Assembly (NCBI GenBank): GCA_002269645.1
Contig: NIVC01001716.1
Span: 1 to 64,000 of the forward strand
Direction: 5' to 3'
DNA length: 64,000 bases
Source: Macrostomum lignano
Taxonomy: Eukaryota
Shown: positions 1 through 13,254 of the stretch, in pieces
Numbering within the stretch: position 1 is the first letter of the stretch
Layout of the letters: every line of letters begins with the position of its first letter
The notes under the pieces: generated by a model
What the model was told of the DNA's origin: nothing
Database searches by the model: none
The model's input: only the letters and a program-made list of their open reading frames with translations
Program-made: the position numbers and the translations under genes

Positions 1-612
1 CTGACTGACTGACTGACTGAACTGACTGACTGACTGACATGACTGACTGAACTGACTGACTGACTGACTGACTGACTGACTGACTGACTGACTGACTGAC
101 TGACTGACTGACTGACTGACTGACTGACTGACTGACTGACTGACTGACTGACTGACTGACTGACTGACTGAACTGACTGACTGACTGAACTGACTGACTG
201 ACTGACTGACTGACTGACTGACTGACTGACTGACTGACTGACTGACTGACTGACTGACTGACTGACTGACTGACTGACTGACTGACTGACTGACTGACTG
301 ACTGACTGACTGACTGACTGACTGACTGACTGACTGACTGACTGACTGACTGACTGACTGACTGACTGACTGACTGAACTGACTGACTGACTGACTGACT
401 GACTGACTGACTGACTGACTGACTGACTGACTGACTGACTGACTGACTGACTGACTGACTGAACTGACTGACTGACTGACTGACTGTGACTGACTGACTG
501 ACTGACTGACTGACTGACTGACTGACTGACTGACTGACTGACTGAACTGACTGACTGACTGAACTGACTGACTGACTGACTGACTGACTGACTGACTGAC
601 TGACTGACTGAC
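1..612. repeat. (GACT)n microsatellite in a NUP155 intron
   Basis: Near-perfect GACT tetramer run from the window start to ~612, followed by an AT-rich 3' intron end (ttttcag at 711-717). Confidence 0.97.
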
Positions 613-717
613 TTACTGAGTTAAAAACTAAAACTAACTTGATAGTATTGCTATATAGCTTAATACAGTAAATAAGTACATAAGTACAAGATAATTGTTA
701 CACTCGCATCTTTTCAG

Positions 718-3700
718 GTACAGGGCCGCTTAATCAATCACAGCGTGTCCAGCCTCTCCCGCCTAGTGCCCAGCTTCATCAGTAGTTAGCGGCAGCCGAC
801 GATCCAATATGCCAGGTGTGCGTAGACGACAGCAGACGATTAGTGTACACCAGATCGCAGGAGTCGACCGTGTTTGCCTATGCCTTGTCTGCCGAGGCTG
901 GCGATACGGCGGCCAGGCGGGTGGCGGCCCTGCGCGGCTCAGACCTGGCCGCTCATGCTGCCCGCATTGCTCACATGGTCGATCGCAGCTGTCTAACCGA
1001 TATTGTACACCTGTCGCGCTGACTGCTCAGCATTCCGCTATGCTCTATCTTATGGCCGTCACCGGGTCCGGGTTCGATTCTATTTCGATGCTCGCCTACG
1101 CCTGGCTCACGTTCGGCTAGGCCCGATGTGTCCGAGTCTGCCTAGGCTGGCCGATATTCGGCTGGCACGGAGAGCCGCGTACGGTCCTGATGCTGGCCAG
1201 TCGAGGGAGGATCGGGACACACTCTATGTGCTCAGTCCGGACCCGTTTCCTAGGAGACCGCAGCTGCAGGTGCGCCTGGGGCTTTTCTATGTACTATTGC
1301 GTTCATTGCGTGTACTTTTATGGTTTCAGAGTGTACTTTATGTGCTTCAGTGTAGCGCCAGTCCAGCCACTTACCAATGCTTCAGTGTAGCGCCAGTCTC
1401 TAGTATCCATTGTACTGTATGCTTCAGTATAGCGCCAGTCCAGCCACTTTCCAATGCTTCAGTGTGGCGCCAGTCCAGCCACTTTCCAATGCTTCAGTGT
1501 GTCGCCAGTCTTACTTACCAATGCTTCAGTGTGGCGCCAGTCCAGCCACTTTCCAATGCTTCAGTGTGGCGCCAGTCCAGCCACTTACTAATGCTTCAGT
1601 GTGGCGCCAGTCCAGCCACTTACCAATGCTTCAGTGTGGCGCCAGTCCAGCCACTCTCCAATGTTTCAGTGTGACGCCAGTCTTACTTACCAATGCTTCA
1701 GTGTGACGCCAATCCAACGGCACTGTATTTCAGATGGGTTCCACCTAATTAGCCGTACACACTTTAACTTAATTAACTTAGCCATGCAATAGTAAATTAA
1801 ATATTCTCCTTCATTTTTTCTCTTTATTCAGGAGGCCTGCAGCGTGGCCTGGCCCCCTGGCCGTGCCTGGATCATGTGCTGCCTGCCCAGCCCGCAGCTG
1901 GATTATCGGGACATCGGCATCGATCCCCAGCTGCACGACGGTCCCCTAGTTGGCAGGCCGTATCCTCCTGTGTTTCTGACTCAACACGTTGATCCGGTCA
2001 GGCGGTTTCTATTAGTATCAGTGCACGGCCTTGTGCTGCTGGAATTGCAGACTCCGCTAATGCGTCTGGCCGGTTTGTTAGCGGCCAATCAGCCGGATTC
2101 TCGTCCGGTGACAGATTGGTTTGCCCACTTTGGCCCCGAGGAGAGCAGCTGCGTCTGTCTGATCCTAGCCTGCTGCGATAGCGACGATCTAGTTAGGGAG
2201 AGAGCGCTGGCCGCCGTCATGCTGCATGGCACTGCCGCGGCTGTTAGAGATGGTTGGTACTTTTATTTTGAGTCTCCTCAGTTGCTGGCCAGCCTCCCAG
2301 ATCCTCAGTTGCTGGGCCAGCCTCCCAGATCCTCAGTTGCTGGGCTAGCCTCCCAGATCCTCAGTTGCTGGGCCATCCTCCCAGATCCTCAGTTGCTAGG
2401 CCACTATCCCAGATCCTCACCAGCTGCCCGCATCCTCAGTTGCTGGGCCACCACCACCCTCCAGATCCTCACCTGCTGCCCAGATCATCAGTTGCTGAGC
2501 CAGCCTCCCAGATACTCAGTTGCTAAGCTAGCCCTCCCAGATCCTCAGTTGCTGGGCCAGCCTCCCAGATCCTCAGTTGCTAGGCCAGCCTCCCAGATCC
2601 TCAGTTGCTGGGCCAGCCTCCCAGATCCTCAGTTGCTGGGCCAGCCTCCCAGATCCTCAGTTGCTGAGCCACCTGCCAGTCCCAGATCCTCAGTTGCTAG
2701 GCCAGCCTCCCAGATCCTCAGTTGCTGGGCCAGCCTCCCAGATCCTCAGTTGCTGGTCCAGCCTCCCAGATCCTCAGTTGCTAGGCCAGCCTCCCGCATC
2801 CTCAGTTGCTGGGCCACCACCACCCTCACAGATCCTCAGTTGCTGGGCCAACCTCCCAGATCCTCAGTTGCTGGGCCAGCCTCCCAGATCCTCAGTTGCT
2901 AGGCCAGCCTCCCAGATCCTCAGTTGCTGGGCCAGCCTCCCAGATCCTCAGTTGCTGGTCCAGCCTCCCAGATCCTCAGTTGCTAGGCCAGCCTCCCGCA
3001 TCCTCAGTTGCTGGGCCACCACCACCCTCACAGATCCTCAGTTGCTAGGCCAGCCTCCCAGATCCTCAGTTGCTGGGCCAGCCTCCCAGATCCTCAGTTG
3101 CTGAGCCACCTGCCAGCCTCCCAGATCCTCAGTTGCTGGGCCAGCCTCCCAGATCCTCAGTTGCTGGGCCAGCCTCCCAGATCCTCAGTTGCTGGGCCAG
3201 CCTCCCAGATCCTCAGTTGCTGAGCCACCTGCCAGCCTCCCAGATCCTCAGTTGCTAGGTCAGCCTCCCAGATCCTCAGTTGCTGGGCCAGCCTCCCAGA
3301 TCCTCAGTTGCTAGGCCAGCCTCCCAGATCCTCAGTTGCTAGGCCAGCCTCCCGCATCCTCAGTTGCTAGACCAGCCTCCCAGATCCTCAGTTGCTGGGC
3401 CACCACCACCCTCACAAATCCTCAGTTGCTGGGCCACCACCACCCTCACAAATCCTCAGTTGCTGGGCCACCACCACCCTCACAGATCTTTATTTCTGTA
3501 GGCAACCCATTCTGGCCCATCGGCAGTTTATAAATACATGAAATGCCATCAAATTTCAAGCATAATTAATTTACACCATCTTCGCACCCATCGCAGCCGC
3601 CATGGCCGCCTCAATCGATTGCCAGACGCCGGTTCCATCAAGCGCCGCGGCAGCCGACCCGTCGGCCAATGCCCTGCTGTCCGGCCTGTCCCGCTACGCC

Positions 3701-5047
3701 GCCAGAGTCCTGCTGCCTCTCTGGTACAGCCCGATCGTGTCTGAACGGCGCGGCTGCTTCTTAGTCAGCCGATTAGAATCCGACGAGCTTGGCTGGTTCT
3801 CGTCTCATCTGACTCACCTGTTCAGATTTGTGCAATCCAATCTAGCCCAGCTAAGCGCTTCGGCTAGGGGCCGCGTTGAAGCTGAGAGTCAACAGCGGGC
3901 CTACAAATTGTTGCAATTGATTTCTACTAATTTGGAACTGTTGAACCTGTGGAAACTGCTGGCTGAGCATCAGTTCTATCTTGTGGCCAGGTTTGTACTG
4001 ATTCAAATTGCACATTACCCCTTGTGTACTTTATACTGCACATTACCCCTTGTTCCATACTTTATACTACCCATTACCCCTTGTCCCATACTTATACTGC
4101 ACATTACCCCTTGTTCCATACTTTATACTGCACATTACCCTTTGTCCCATACTTTATACTGCCCATTACCCCTTGTTCCATACTTTATACTGCACATTAC
4201 CCCTTGTCCCATACTTTATACTGCACATTACCCCTTGTTCCATACTTTATACTGCACATTACCCCTTGTCCCATACTTTATACTGCACATTACCCCTTGT
4301 TCCATACTTTATACTGCACATTACCCCTTGTCCCATACTTTATACTGCACATTACCCCTTGTTCCATACTTTATACTGCACATTACCCTTTGTCCCATAC
4401 TTTATACTGCACATTACCCCTTGTCCCATACTTTATACTCCACATTACCCCTTGTTCCATACTTTATACTGCACATTACCCTTTGTCCCATACTTTATAC
4501 TGCACATTACCCCTTGTTCCATACTTTATACTGCACATTACCCATTGTGTCCCATGCTCTGCACTATTGTCACAGAAATTTCAAGCCTCAAGAACCTCCC
4601 CGACCACAATCGATTGTTTTACAGACGCCTGACAGAAGACGAGCGCGCACACCTTCGTGGAACGCGGTTTCGAGACCTACTTCTGGCTAAGAATCGCCTA
4701 CTGCTCAATCGTTTAATCGCCTGTCTGCTTGAGCACTACCTGGCCGACAGCGCCAGCGTTGACAGCATCTCTAACAAGCTGCAGGAGGCCTGCTCATCGC
4801 TCTATACTCCGCAGGATGCCCTGTGTGCCAAGGCTAACGAAATGCTGCAAGCGGCTGCCGGCGAGCCGCTCGACCGTCGGACCAGCCTGTTGGCCGAGGC
4901 CGGCCGGCTGTACAGGGAGGCCGGCACCTCCGTCAGCCTGGCCGATGTGCTGCCCCGGCTAGAGGCTCTGCAGGCCTACGAGACTATGGCCGGATTGTGC
5001 CTGGCCTTGGCCAAGCAGTGGGATCCTCAGGTGCGCGTCTGTGTGTG

Positions 5048-5102
<55 letters not shown>

Positions 5103-6694
5103 GTCAGTCAGTCCGCCCGCTTCGCATTAGCATTCCTACCCTTGCCGCCCCGCCCACCAGGATCGCGCTCTGCACTTCACACGCGAAGGCCGGAAGCCGC
5201 ACACGGAGGCGGACGCAGACGCGGTCGCCGGCCGACACGGCTGCTACCAGGCCCTGCTGGACATTTGCACCCGTCTGCGTCGTGCAGCCACCGGAGCTGG
5301 CGCTGCAACCGTGCCGGTGGCCGTGACGCCCCGACCAGTCGGCGTAAGTCCGCACTCCTCAGCGGCAGCCGCGGCAGCAGCAGCTGCAGCCGCCGTTGTC
5401 TCGCAATCGCCGGCCAAAGCGCAGCAGGGTCAGCACGAGATGGCCAGAGTGTTGGACAATGTTATCCGGGTGAGCCACTTTAAAGTACATTTGCTTCTTT
5501 TTAAGCTAATCAGTATGTGGCTGTGCCAGCGTGCGTCAAGTCTGTTATCTGCTGTATAGACTCCTTAGTACGGGGCGGGCGTAGCCTTTCGCTCTGATGT
5601 GCCAGCGGCCCAGGCTCGATTCCCAGTGCAATTCACATTAATTTGGGTCTAAATTGGAATCTTGGCTTGGCTCTGCTCGTGCAATTAACGCCCTGGATAG
5701 CCAACCCCCAAGGTACAGTGAAGTGTACATTCCTAACGATAAATAAAGTTAGGGCCGCTGTACACTCTTGTGACTACGTACATATCTGCGCGCTTGTGTG
5801 CCTGCTCAAGGGAGTCGGCGGAATGGGTAGTAATGCCTTCTCGCCGGTTGTGCGACACAGCCGCCTTGCCTCTTGTATTGAAAGTTATTTTTTAGAATGC
5901 TTTCATCTCCATGGTAACAGGTGACGCTAAACTCAGACGACATGCTGGCCCACTACGAGATGTTCAACTGGCTGAGCCAACACGGCATGACCGAGCAGAT
6001 GCTTAGTCACGATTCGGCTCATTTAGAATCCTACCTGCGCAATAGGCTGCGCAAAACGCCCGAAGATCAACAGTTGCGCGAATTGCTCTGCCGGCATTTG
6101 AAACGCTGCGGCAAAGTTCTAGAGGCGGCTAGAATACTCGAACACCTGGCCGTGGCAGCCTGCGACACCGCTGATCTGGCCCAGCGTCAGGCCTACCTGG
6201 CTCAGGCCATTGTCGACGCCAAGAGTCGACCGGGCGAAGGCATTGGCGAATTGCTTCAACAGTTGGAGGACGAGTTGGACACCGCCACGGTGCAAGCGGC
6301 CGTGCTAGAGGAGCTGCAGCAGCGGTATCCGCAGTCGGCTGCCTCGCCCGAGATGGCCGAAGCTGTGCGCCGGCTCAACGGTCAGCTGTTTCCCCTCACG
6401 GAGCTCTATGCAGAGTTCGCCGCTCCGCTGCGCCTGCCGCTGGCCAAACTGAGAATTGTGGCCTCGGCGGGCACCGGGACCAGGCGCTGGTCAATCAGCT
6501 GTGGGAGGAACTGCTGGACAGGGAGCTGGCCGGACCGGCCGGCTTCAGGGCTGTGCAGCAGACTCTGGCCAGGTGTGTCTGAGCGGGAGCATTGTCCCCA
6601 GCGATTTTTCTGGAAGAGTTAAATAAACAGGTAGACTTGCAAACACAGACAGACAGACAGACAGACAGACACTAAGACACTAAGACAGACACTA

Positions 6695-6727
<33 letters not shown>

Positions 6728-8850
6728 CTAAGACAGACACTAAGACAGACAGACAGACACTAAGACAGACACTAAGACAGACACTAAGACACTAAGACAG
6801 ACAGACACTAAGACACTAAGACAGACAGACAGACACTAAGACAGACAGACAGACACTAAGACAGACACTAAGACACTAAGACAGACACTAAGACAGACAG
6901 ACAGACACTAAGACAGCTTATGCAGCTATGCAACCAAAGTGCCGCTGGGGTATTTTTTTTAAATAAACCGCATTCAATCGCCCAAGCGCCCGTTGCTCTC
7001 CATGCCGCAGGCTCGGCCGATCCTATTCCAGCGGTGCCAATGGCGAAGACTTTTTCCCAGCCGTACAGATTGTAGCCACACTGGAGAAGCGCGCTATAGA
7101 AGCCCGCCTAGAGGAGGGCTGGGTTGTCAACGCGTTCTGCCAGTTCGATTATCCGCTGCACCGTCTGGCTCAGGCCTACGATCAGCTGCTACGGCGCCGG
7201 GCCGGCGATCCGGTCTGGCAGAGTCTGCGAGGCTATCATCAACTATTGCGCAGCCTCATCTGCCTGCTTGCCAAATTCCAGCGGGCCGCCGATTCCATGC
7301 CAGCTAGGAATCGGTGAGTTAATGAGCAGATATTGCGTGTGTTCTGCCCCTTTTCAGTTATACTGCATGAGCCACTATCAAATTCTATGTTGTTCTTAAT
7401 GTGAGTTCTCTACTACCTCTGCTATTTCCTCTCCAGCTTCTCATTCTATTCTTCATATCTTCATCTTTCTAGAATCTTTCCTTCCCTTCCACCTTTTACT
7501 TCTCCCGTGTCTTCTTCTTTCTGCCTCCGTCTCTCTGTCGCCCTCTCTGTCGCCATCCCTGTCGCCCTCTCTGTCGCCATCCCTGTCGCCCTCTCCCTGT
7601 CGCCATCCCTGTCGCCCTCTCTCTGTCGCCATCCCTGTCGCCCTCTCTCTGTCGCCATCCCTGTCGCCCTCTCTCTGTCGCCATCCCTGTCGCCCTCTCT
7701 CTGTCGCCATCCCTGTCGCCCTCTCCCTGTCGCCATCCCTGTCGCCCTCTCTCTGTCGCCATCCCTGTCGCCCTCTCTCTGTCGCCATCACTGTCGCCCT
7801 CTCTCTGTTGCCATCCCTGTCTTCCTCTCCGTGTTTTTCTCTATCCTCACCCTCTCTCTGTTGCCATCCCTGTCTTCCTCTCCGTGTTTTTCTCTATCCT
7901 CGCCCTCTCCCTGCCTCTTTCTCCTTGTCTTCCACTCCCCTGGCATTGGCTCTCTTCCTCTCATCTGCCACTCCTTCATGTCCGCACCTTGCTCCTTTTT
8001 TCTGTTTCATTTTCATTCTCCAAACCAACCTTGTACCTATCCTTTCCCTCCTTCCTCGAGTCAATTTTGTTTCGTATCGCTTTTTCAGCGCTTCAGAAAT
8101 GTTCTCCATCTACATCTATTATAATTCAATCATCTCCATCTACATCTATTATAATTCAATCATTTCCATCTACATGATCTATTATAATTCAATCATTTCC
8201 ATCTACATCTATAATAATTCAATCATTTCCATCTACATCTATAATAATTCAATCATTTCCATCTACATCTATTATAATTCAATCATCTCCATCTACATCT
8301 ATAATAATTCAATCATTTCCATCTACATCTATTATAATTCAATCATCTCCATCTACATCTATAATAATTCAATCATTTCCATCTACATCTATAATAATTC
8401 AATCATTTCCATCTACATCTATTATAATTCATTCATCTCCATCTACATCTATTATAATTCAATCATCTTCATCTACATCTATTATAATTCAATCATCTTC
8501 ATCTACATCTATTATAATTCATTCATCTCCATCTACATCTATTATAATTCAATCATCTCCATCTACATCTATTATAATTCAATCATCTCCATCTACATCT
8601 ATTATAATTCAATCATCTCCATCTACATCTATTATAATTCAATCATCTCCATCTACATCTATTATAATTCAATCATTTCCCCGCCCCAACAACCCATCGA
8701 ATTTAAATTTGCAGTCAACGCGCGGCCTCCCAGTTCCTGGACATGATCTCATCTTATCAGGTGGACTTGCGCAGCCACACGGACGCGATGTCGGTGAACA
8801 TCAGCCAGCGGCTGGCTCAGATCAGAGACGATTTGGCTAGGATGGCCTGA
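718..8850 (+). CDS. NUP155: Nuclear pore complex protein Nup155, 3' portion (5' exons lie upstream of the window); carries apparent 1-nt frameshifts
   Basis: Exons 718-1269, 1832-2252, 3597-3990, 4625-5030, 5161-5469, 5921-6572, 7011-7313, 8715-8850, all GT-AG with matching phases. Peptides RLINHSVSSLSRLVPSF, DDPICQVCVDDSRRLVYTRS, VCLILACC, LWKLLAEHQF, LYTPQDALCAKANEMLQ, LTELYAEFA, DFFPAVQIVATLE and AYDQLL match Nup155 motifs as I recall them. Stop TGA 8848-8850. Confidence 0.93.
1340..1715. repeat. 35-bp minisatellite (gcttcagtgtggcgccagtccagccactttccaat), NUP155 intron
   Basis: About 10 tandem copies; source of the repetitive ORFs at 1003-1792. Confidence 0.92.
2272..3485. repeat. ~28-bp minisatellite (cctcccagatcctcagttgctgggccag), NUP155 intron
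   Basis: About 40 tandem copies with variants. Confidence 0.95.
4010..4555. repeat. 31-bp minisatellite (actgcacattaccccttgttccatactttat), NUP155 intron
   Basis: About 17 tandem copies. Confidence 0.95.
5571..5880 (+). mobile_element. tRNA-derived SINE family A, diverged copy in a NUP155 intron
   Basis: Collinear with the copies at 41071-41434 and 60725-61090 (caggctcgattcc B-box, cacattaatttggg, gtcggcggaatggg..taatgcc..tcgccggttgtg). Head partly deleted. Confidence 0.85.
6640..6915. repeat. Composite (AGAC)n/CACTAAGAC satellite, NUP155 intron
   Basis: Direct inspection; the same composite occurs at 43380-43900. Confidence 0.93.
7520..7810. repeat. ctgtcgccctct/ctgtcgccatcc minisatellite, NUP155 intron
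   Basis: Alternating 12-14 bp units. Confidence 0.9.
8105..8680. repeat. 30-bp minisatellite (tctccatctacatctattataattcaatca), ending ~35 nt before the last NUP155 acceptor
   Basis: About 19 copies, period 30. Confidence 0.95.
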
Positions 8851-9434
8851 CCCAAGTCCAGGAGCAAGACGGCCGGTCTTAATGAACTTATTTTTCATAC
8901 AAGAAATGTATTGCATTTGAATTGCTGCCTGCTGTTGCAGAGGTTTGGTGAACATGCTTACAGTTACCCAGTGTTATTTCATGCTAGTTAGTTTTAAATT
9001 ATTTAATAGCCATCAAATTAATTGCCCCTCATTCAATTCAATCGAGGTGTCTAACCTATGTGCCATTGCGGGTGTTGATCGTGTTAAAAATTGCTTATAT
9101 ATTTATATGTTATTTTTTTATTATCTGCGGTACACCTCAGCTCGCCTTTTTGTTGTGTGTTACAATATTATAATAATAATAACCAAATTTAAATTCCCAC
9201 TTTTCATGTAAGTGCGTTTGTTTTTTAATTATATTTTTAACAGCGTTGATTCTACTTGAAAAACAACACAATAAACACATTTTGCATTCGACGTGAACAA
9301 TCAAATTCACATTGTGAAGAAGAATTGAAAAATTAACGCTTTACTTATAAAAAATATTGCTAGTTGCATTTTCTTAAATCATATAACAGCAGCGCGTGTA
9401 TGCGAAACTGCTCATAGTAGCAATATATGTATCT

Positions 9435-10608
9435 GTAGGCGCATCTGTGCCTCAGTGCCACTTTCCATCCAGGCGCATCTGTGCCTCAGTGCCACTTTCC
9501 ATCCAGGTGCATCTGTGCCTCAGTGCCACTTTCCATCCAGGTGCATCTGTGCCTCAGTGCCACTTTCCATCCAGGTGCATCTGTGCCTCAGTGCCACTTT
9601 CCATCCAGGTGCATCTGTGCCTCAGTGCCACTTTCCATCCAGGTACATCTGTGCCTCAGTGCCACTTTCCATCCAGGTGCATCTGTGCCTCAGTGCCACT
9701 TTCCATCCAGGTGCATCTGTGCCTCAGTGCCACTTTCCATCCAGGTGCATCTGTGCCTCAGTGCCACTTTCCATCAGGTACATCTGTGCCTCAGTGCCAC
9801 TTTTCATCCAGGTGCATCTGTGCCTCAGTGCCACTTTCCATCAGGTACATCTGTGCCTCAGTGCCACTTTCCATCAGGTACATCTGTGCCTCAGTGCCAC
9901 TTTCCATCAGGTACATCTGTGCCCCAGTGCCACTTTCCATCAGGTACATCTGTGCCTCAGTGCCACTTTCCATCAGGTACATCTGTGCCTCAGTGCCACT
10001 TTCCATCAGGTACATCTGTGCCTCAGTGCCACTTTTCATCAGGTACATCTGTGCCTCAGTGCCACTTTCCATCCAGGTGCATCTGTGCCTCAGTGCCACT
10101 TTCCATCAGGTACATCTGTGCCCCAGTGCCACTTTCCATCAGGTACATCTGTGCCTCAGTGCCACTTTCCATCAGGTACATCTGTGCCTCAGTGCCACTT
10201 TCCATCCAGGTGCATCTGTGCCTCAGTGCCACTTTCCATCAGGTACATCTGTGCCTCAGTGCCACTTTCCATCCATGCAGGTGCATCTGTGCCTCAGTGC
10301 CACTTTCCATCAGGTACATCTGTGCCTCAGTGCCACTTTCCATCAGGTACATCTGTGCCTCAGTGCCACTTTCCATCCAGGTGCATCTGTGCCTCAGTGC
10401 CACTTTCCATCAGGTACATCTGTGCCTCAGTGCCACTTTCCATCCATGCAGGTGCATCTGTGCCTCAGTGCCACTTTCCATCAGGTACATCTGTGCCTCA
10501 GTGCCACTTTCCATCAGGTACATCTGTGCCCCAGTGCCACTTTCCATCAGGTACATCTGTGCCTCAGTGCCACTTTCCATCAGGTACATCTGTGCCTCAG
10601 TGCCACTT
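9435..10608. repeat. 33/34-bp intergenic minisatellite (gtgcatctgtgcctcagtgccactttccatccag)
   Basis: About 35 copies between NUP155 and SUMF1; generates the long ORFs at 9396-10779. Confidence 0.96.
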
Positions 10609-11239
10609 TTATCGGGTAGAATCACAGATACTAAAATAACTAGATGGGCCACTCAGGCATATATGCGTAGTAAAACAGCTTTCTACTTTCAGTTCAGTAG
10701 CAAAGAAGAATACATAAGCTATTTTAAAGAAAGTAAGGCAGCTGAAATGACTGATAAGTTTAGAAGCCCAAGCTTTTAGGCGTAAACAACTTGCTAATTG
10801 GTTCAGCGATAATGTACATTGGCCAGTCCACTGAAATGTACATGGCAGCTTTAGGCTGGAATTCCGAGAAAGGCAATAAAAATTGGGACGGGCGGGGGTC
10901 AATGAGTCAATGAGCCTTTGCTTTAAATTAAAATACATTAAAATGCTTTTGTTTAACCTATACTACTGAACTGAGAGTAGCTTACACGCAAATGTGCTGA
11001 GTGGCCCATCTAGTTATTCTAGTATCTGTGGGTACAATTCACGAACTTTCCTCCTCACTGGCACTAATTTCTCATTTCTGTTAACATGACAGTTTACTGT
11101 TAAATCTGTCAGATTATCGAACAAATAATCACAACGCGTGTTGATTAGCCAACTGATTTCTTGAATACGACCGACCGAAGCCCGTTCAGTAAAAGCAACA
11201 AAAATCTGCTTTCAGGCTACCCAAATATTAATCGGTTTT

Positions 11240-11406
11240 GTTGTCATGGTAACGCCGTTGACCGGCCTGGTTGGCGCTGACTGCGGCTGCGCACTCGGCC
11301 CTCGCGGTGCGTCTGTCTGTCCCGCAGTTTCCTCCAGCATCGATGCCTGGGCCTCGCCGTCGATTGAAAACGATCGCCTCGTCGGATTTAGCGTCGCCAT
11401 GGCAAC
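11240..11406. promoter_or_regulatory. Two RFX X-box motifs at the SUMF1 5' end
   Basis: GTTGTCATGGTAAC (11240-11253) and GTCGCCATGGCAAC (11393-11406) both fit GTHNYYATRRNAAC. Confidence 0.4.
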
Positions 11407-13173
11407 CGTCCCAGCCGGACAGTACACGGTCGGCACCGATTCGCCTCAGCTGCCTTCCGACGGGGAATCGCCGGCCCGCCTGGTCCGCTTCCGGCGGCCC
11501 TTCCGGTTGGACACCGCTGCCGTGACTCGCGGCCAATTTGCCCAGTTTGTCCGGGCTACCGGACACCGGACGGACGCCGAGACGGCCGGCGAGTCCTTCG
11601 TCCCGGACATCCTGGTCGACGCCGAGACGTTCAGCGATCCGGTCGTCGTGCCCGGGCGGGTGGCCAACGCGCCCTGGTGGCTGCCGGTGCGCGGAGCCAC
11701 CTGGCGCCGGCCGGCCGGTCCGGCGAGTCGAAAGTCGCCGCTGGAGTCGTCTGGTGGGTGCTGCCGGGCTCGTGCCTTAACAGAGAGTTGGGATCTGTCA
11801 CCTGGAGATGGGATTTCACAAATGGAGTTGAGATCACAGATTAAGTTGGGATCTCAAAGATCAACTTGGGATCTCACAGATCAACTTGGGATCTCATAGA
11901 TCAACTTGGGATCTCATAGATCAATTTGGGATCTCACAGATCAATTTGGGATCTCACAGATCAATTTGGGATCTCACAGATCAACTTGGGATCTCATAGA
12001 TCAATTTGGGATCTCACAGATCAATTTGGGATCTTACATATCAATTTGGGATCTCACATATTAATTTGGGATCTCACAGATCAATTTGGGATCTCACAGA
12101 TTAATTTGGGATCTCACATATCAATTTGGGATCTCACAGATCAATTTGGGATCTCACAAATCAACTTGGGATCTCACAGATCAATTTGGGATCTCACAGT
12201 TCAACTTGGGATCTCACAGATCAACTTGGGATCTCACAGATCAACTTGGGATCTCACAGATCAACTTGGGATCTTGCAGTAGCTTGAGTTGGGACTTTAG
12301 GATATAGTAGCTCAAGTTACAAGTTACAGAATCCCTATCCTTCCCACTGTCGCAGACTCCCGATTCCGTCATCCCGCTGTCCACGTCAGCTGGCGAGACG
12401 CCGACGCCTACTGCCGCTGGCAGGGGAAGCGGCTGCCCACCGAGGACGAATGGGAGGCGGCCTGTCGGGCCGGCCTGTCCGACCGCCTGTTCCCGTGGGG
12501 CAACGCGCCGAGGCCGGGCGGCCGGCACCGCATGAACATCTGGCAGGGCGAGTTTCCCAGGCTGAACACCGCTGACGACGGCTATGTTGGCACCGCGCCG
12601 GTAATTCATCAGCATCAATCATCATCATCATCTGGCATTTATTCTGTCAGATACAAGTTTAATTTTCTTTACACTCTACTTATATTGTCTGTTAGGAGCA
12701 AACAGTGCTTTAAAAAATTCATCAGTACGAGTATATAAAGCGACTGTTTTGTACTACTGGTACTGCTGTTCTCTCCCCCCTCTCTCCCTCGTTCTTTTGT
12801 GCGGACCTAAATATGAACAGCTAGCTTAGCTAACACGAAAGGTTGAAAGCGCTGTGCAGCGTACGTTCAGGCCTTCTCTCTACTCTATTCACAGTACAGT
12901 GCAGTTGGGCTGTCGTGCAGATAAGAGAAGGATAGACTGGGCAGGTAAGTAGGGGAGCCTGGCCAAATAACGTTTCTGCAATTCTGCTGCAAATAACGAC
13001 GAACAAGCTATTAGAGCACTTTGATTGGCGCTTATATATGATAGCTTCTAAGCCTGAGTTTAAAATGAATCTGATTAATCCGGCCTGTGAATCGGCTGAT
13101 AATGTAAAATTTACTCAGTCTAGCATCGGGTACTTTATTAGTCTCTATGTCTGTCTGTCTGTCTGTCTGTCTG

Positions 13174-13254
<81 letters not shown>

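Noticed and set aside
6573-6630. Apparent in-frame TGA in NUP155 (possible readthrough or selenocysteine)
   Set aside because: A donor at GCCAG|GTGTGT (6572) splices in phase to 7011 and gives the expected LARLGRSY..FFP, so the TGA is intronic.
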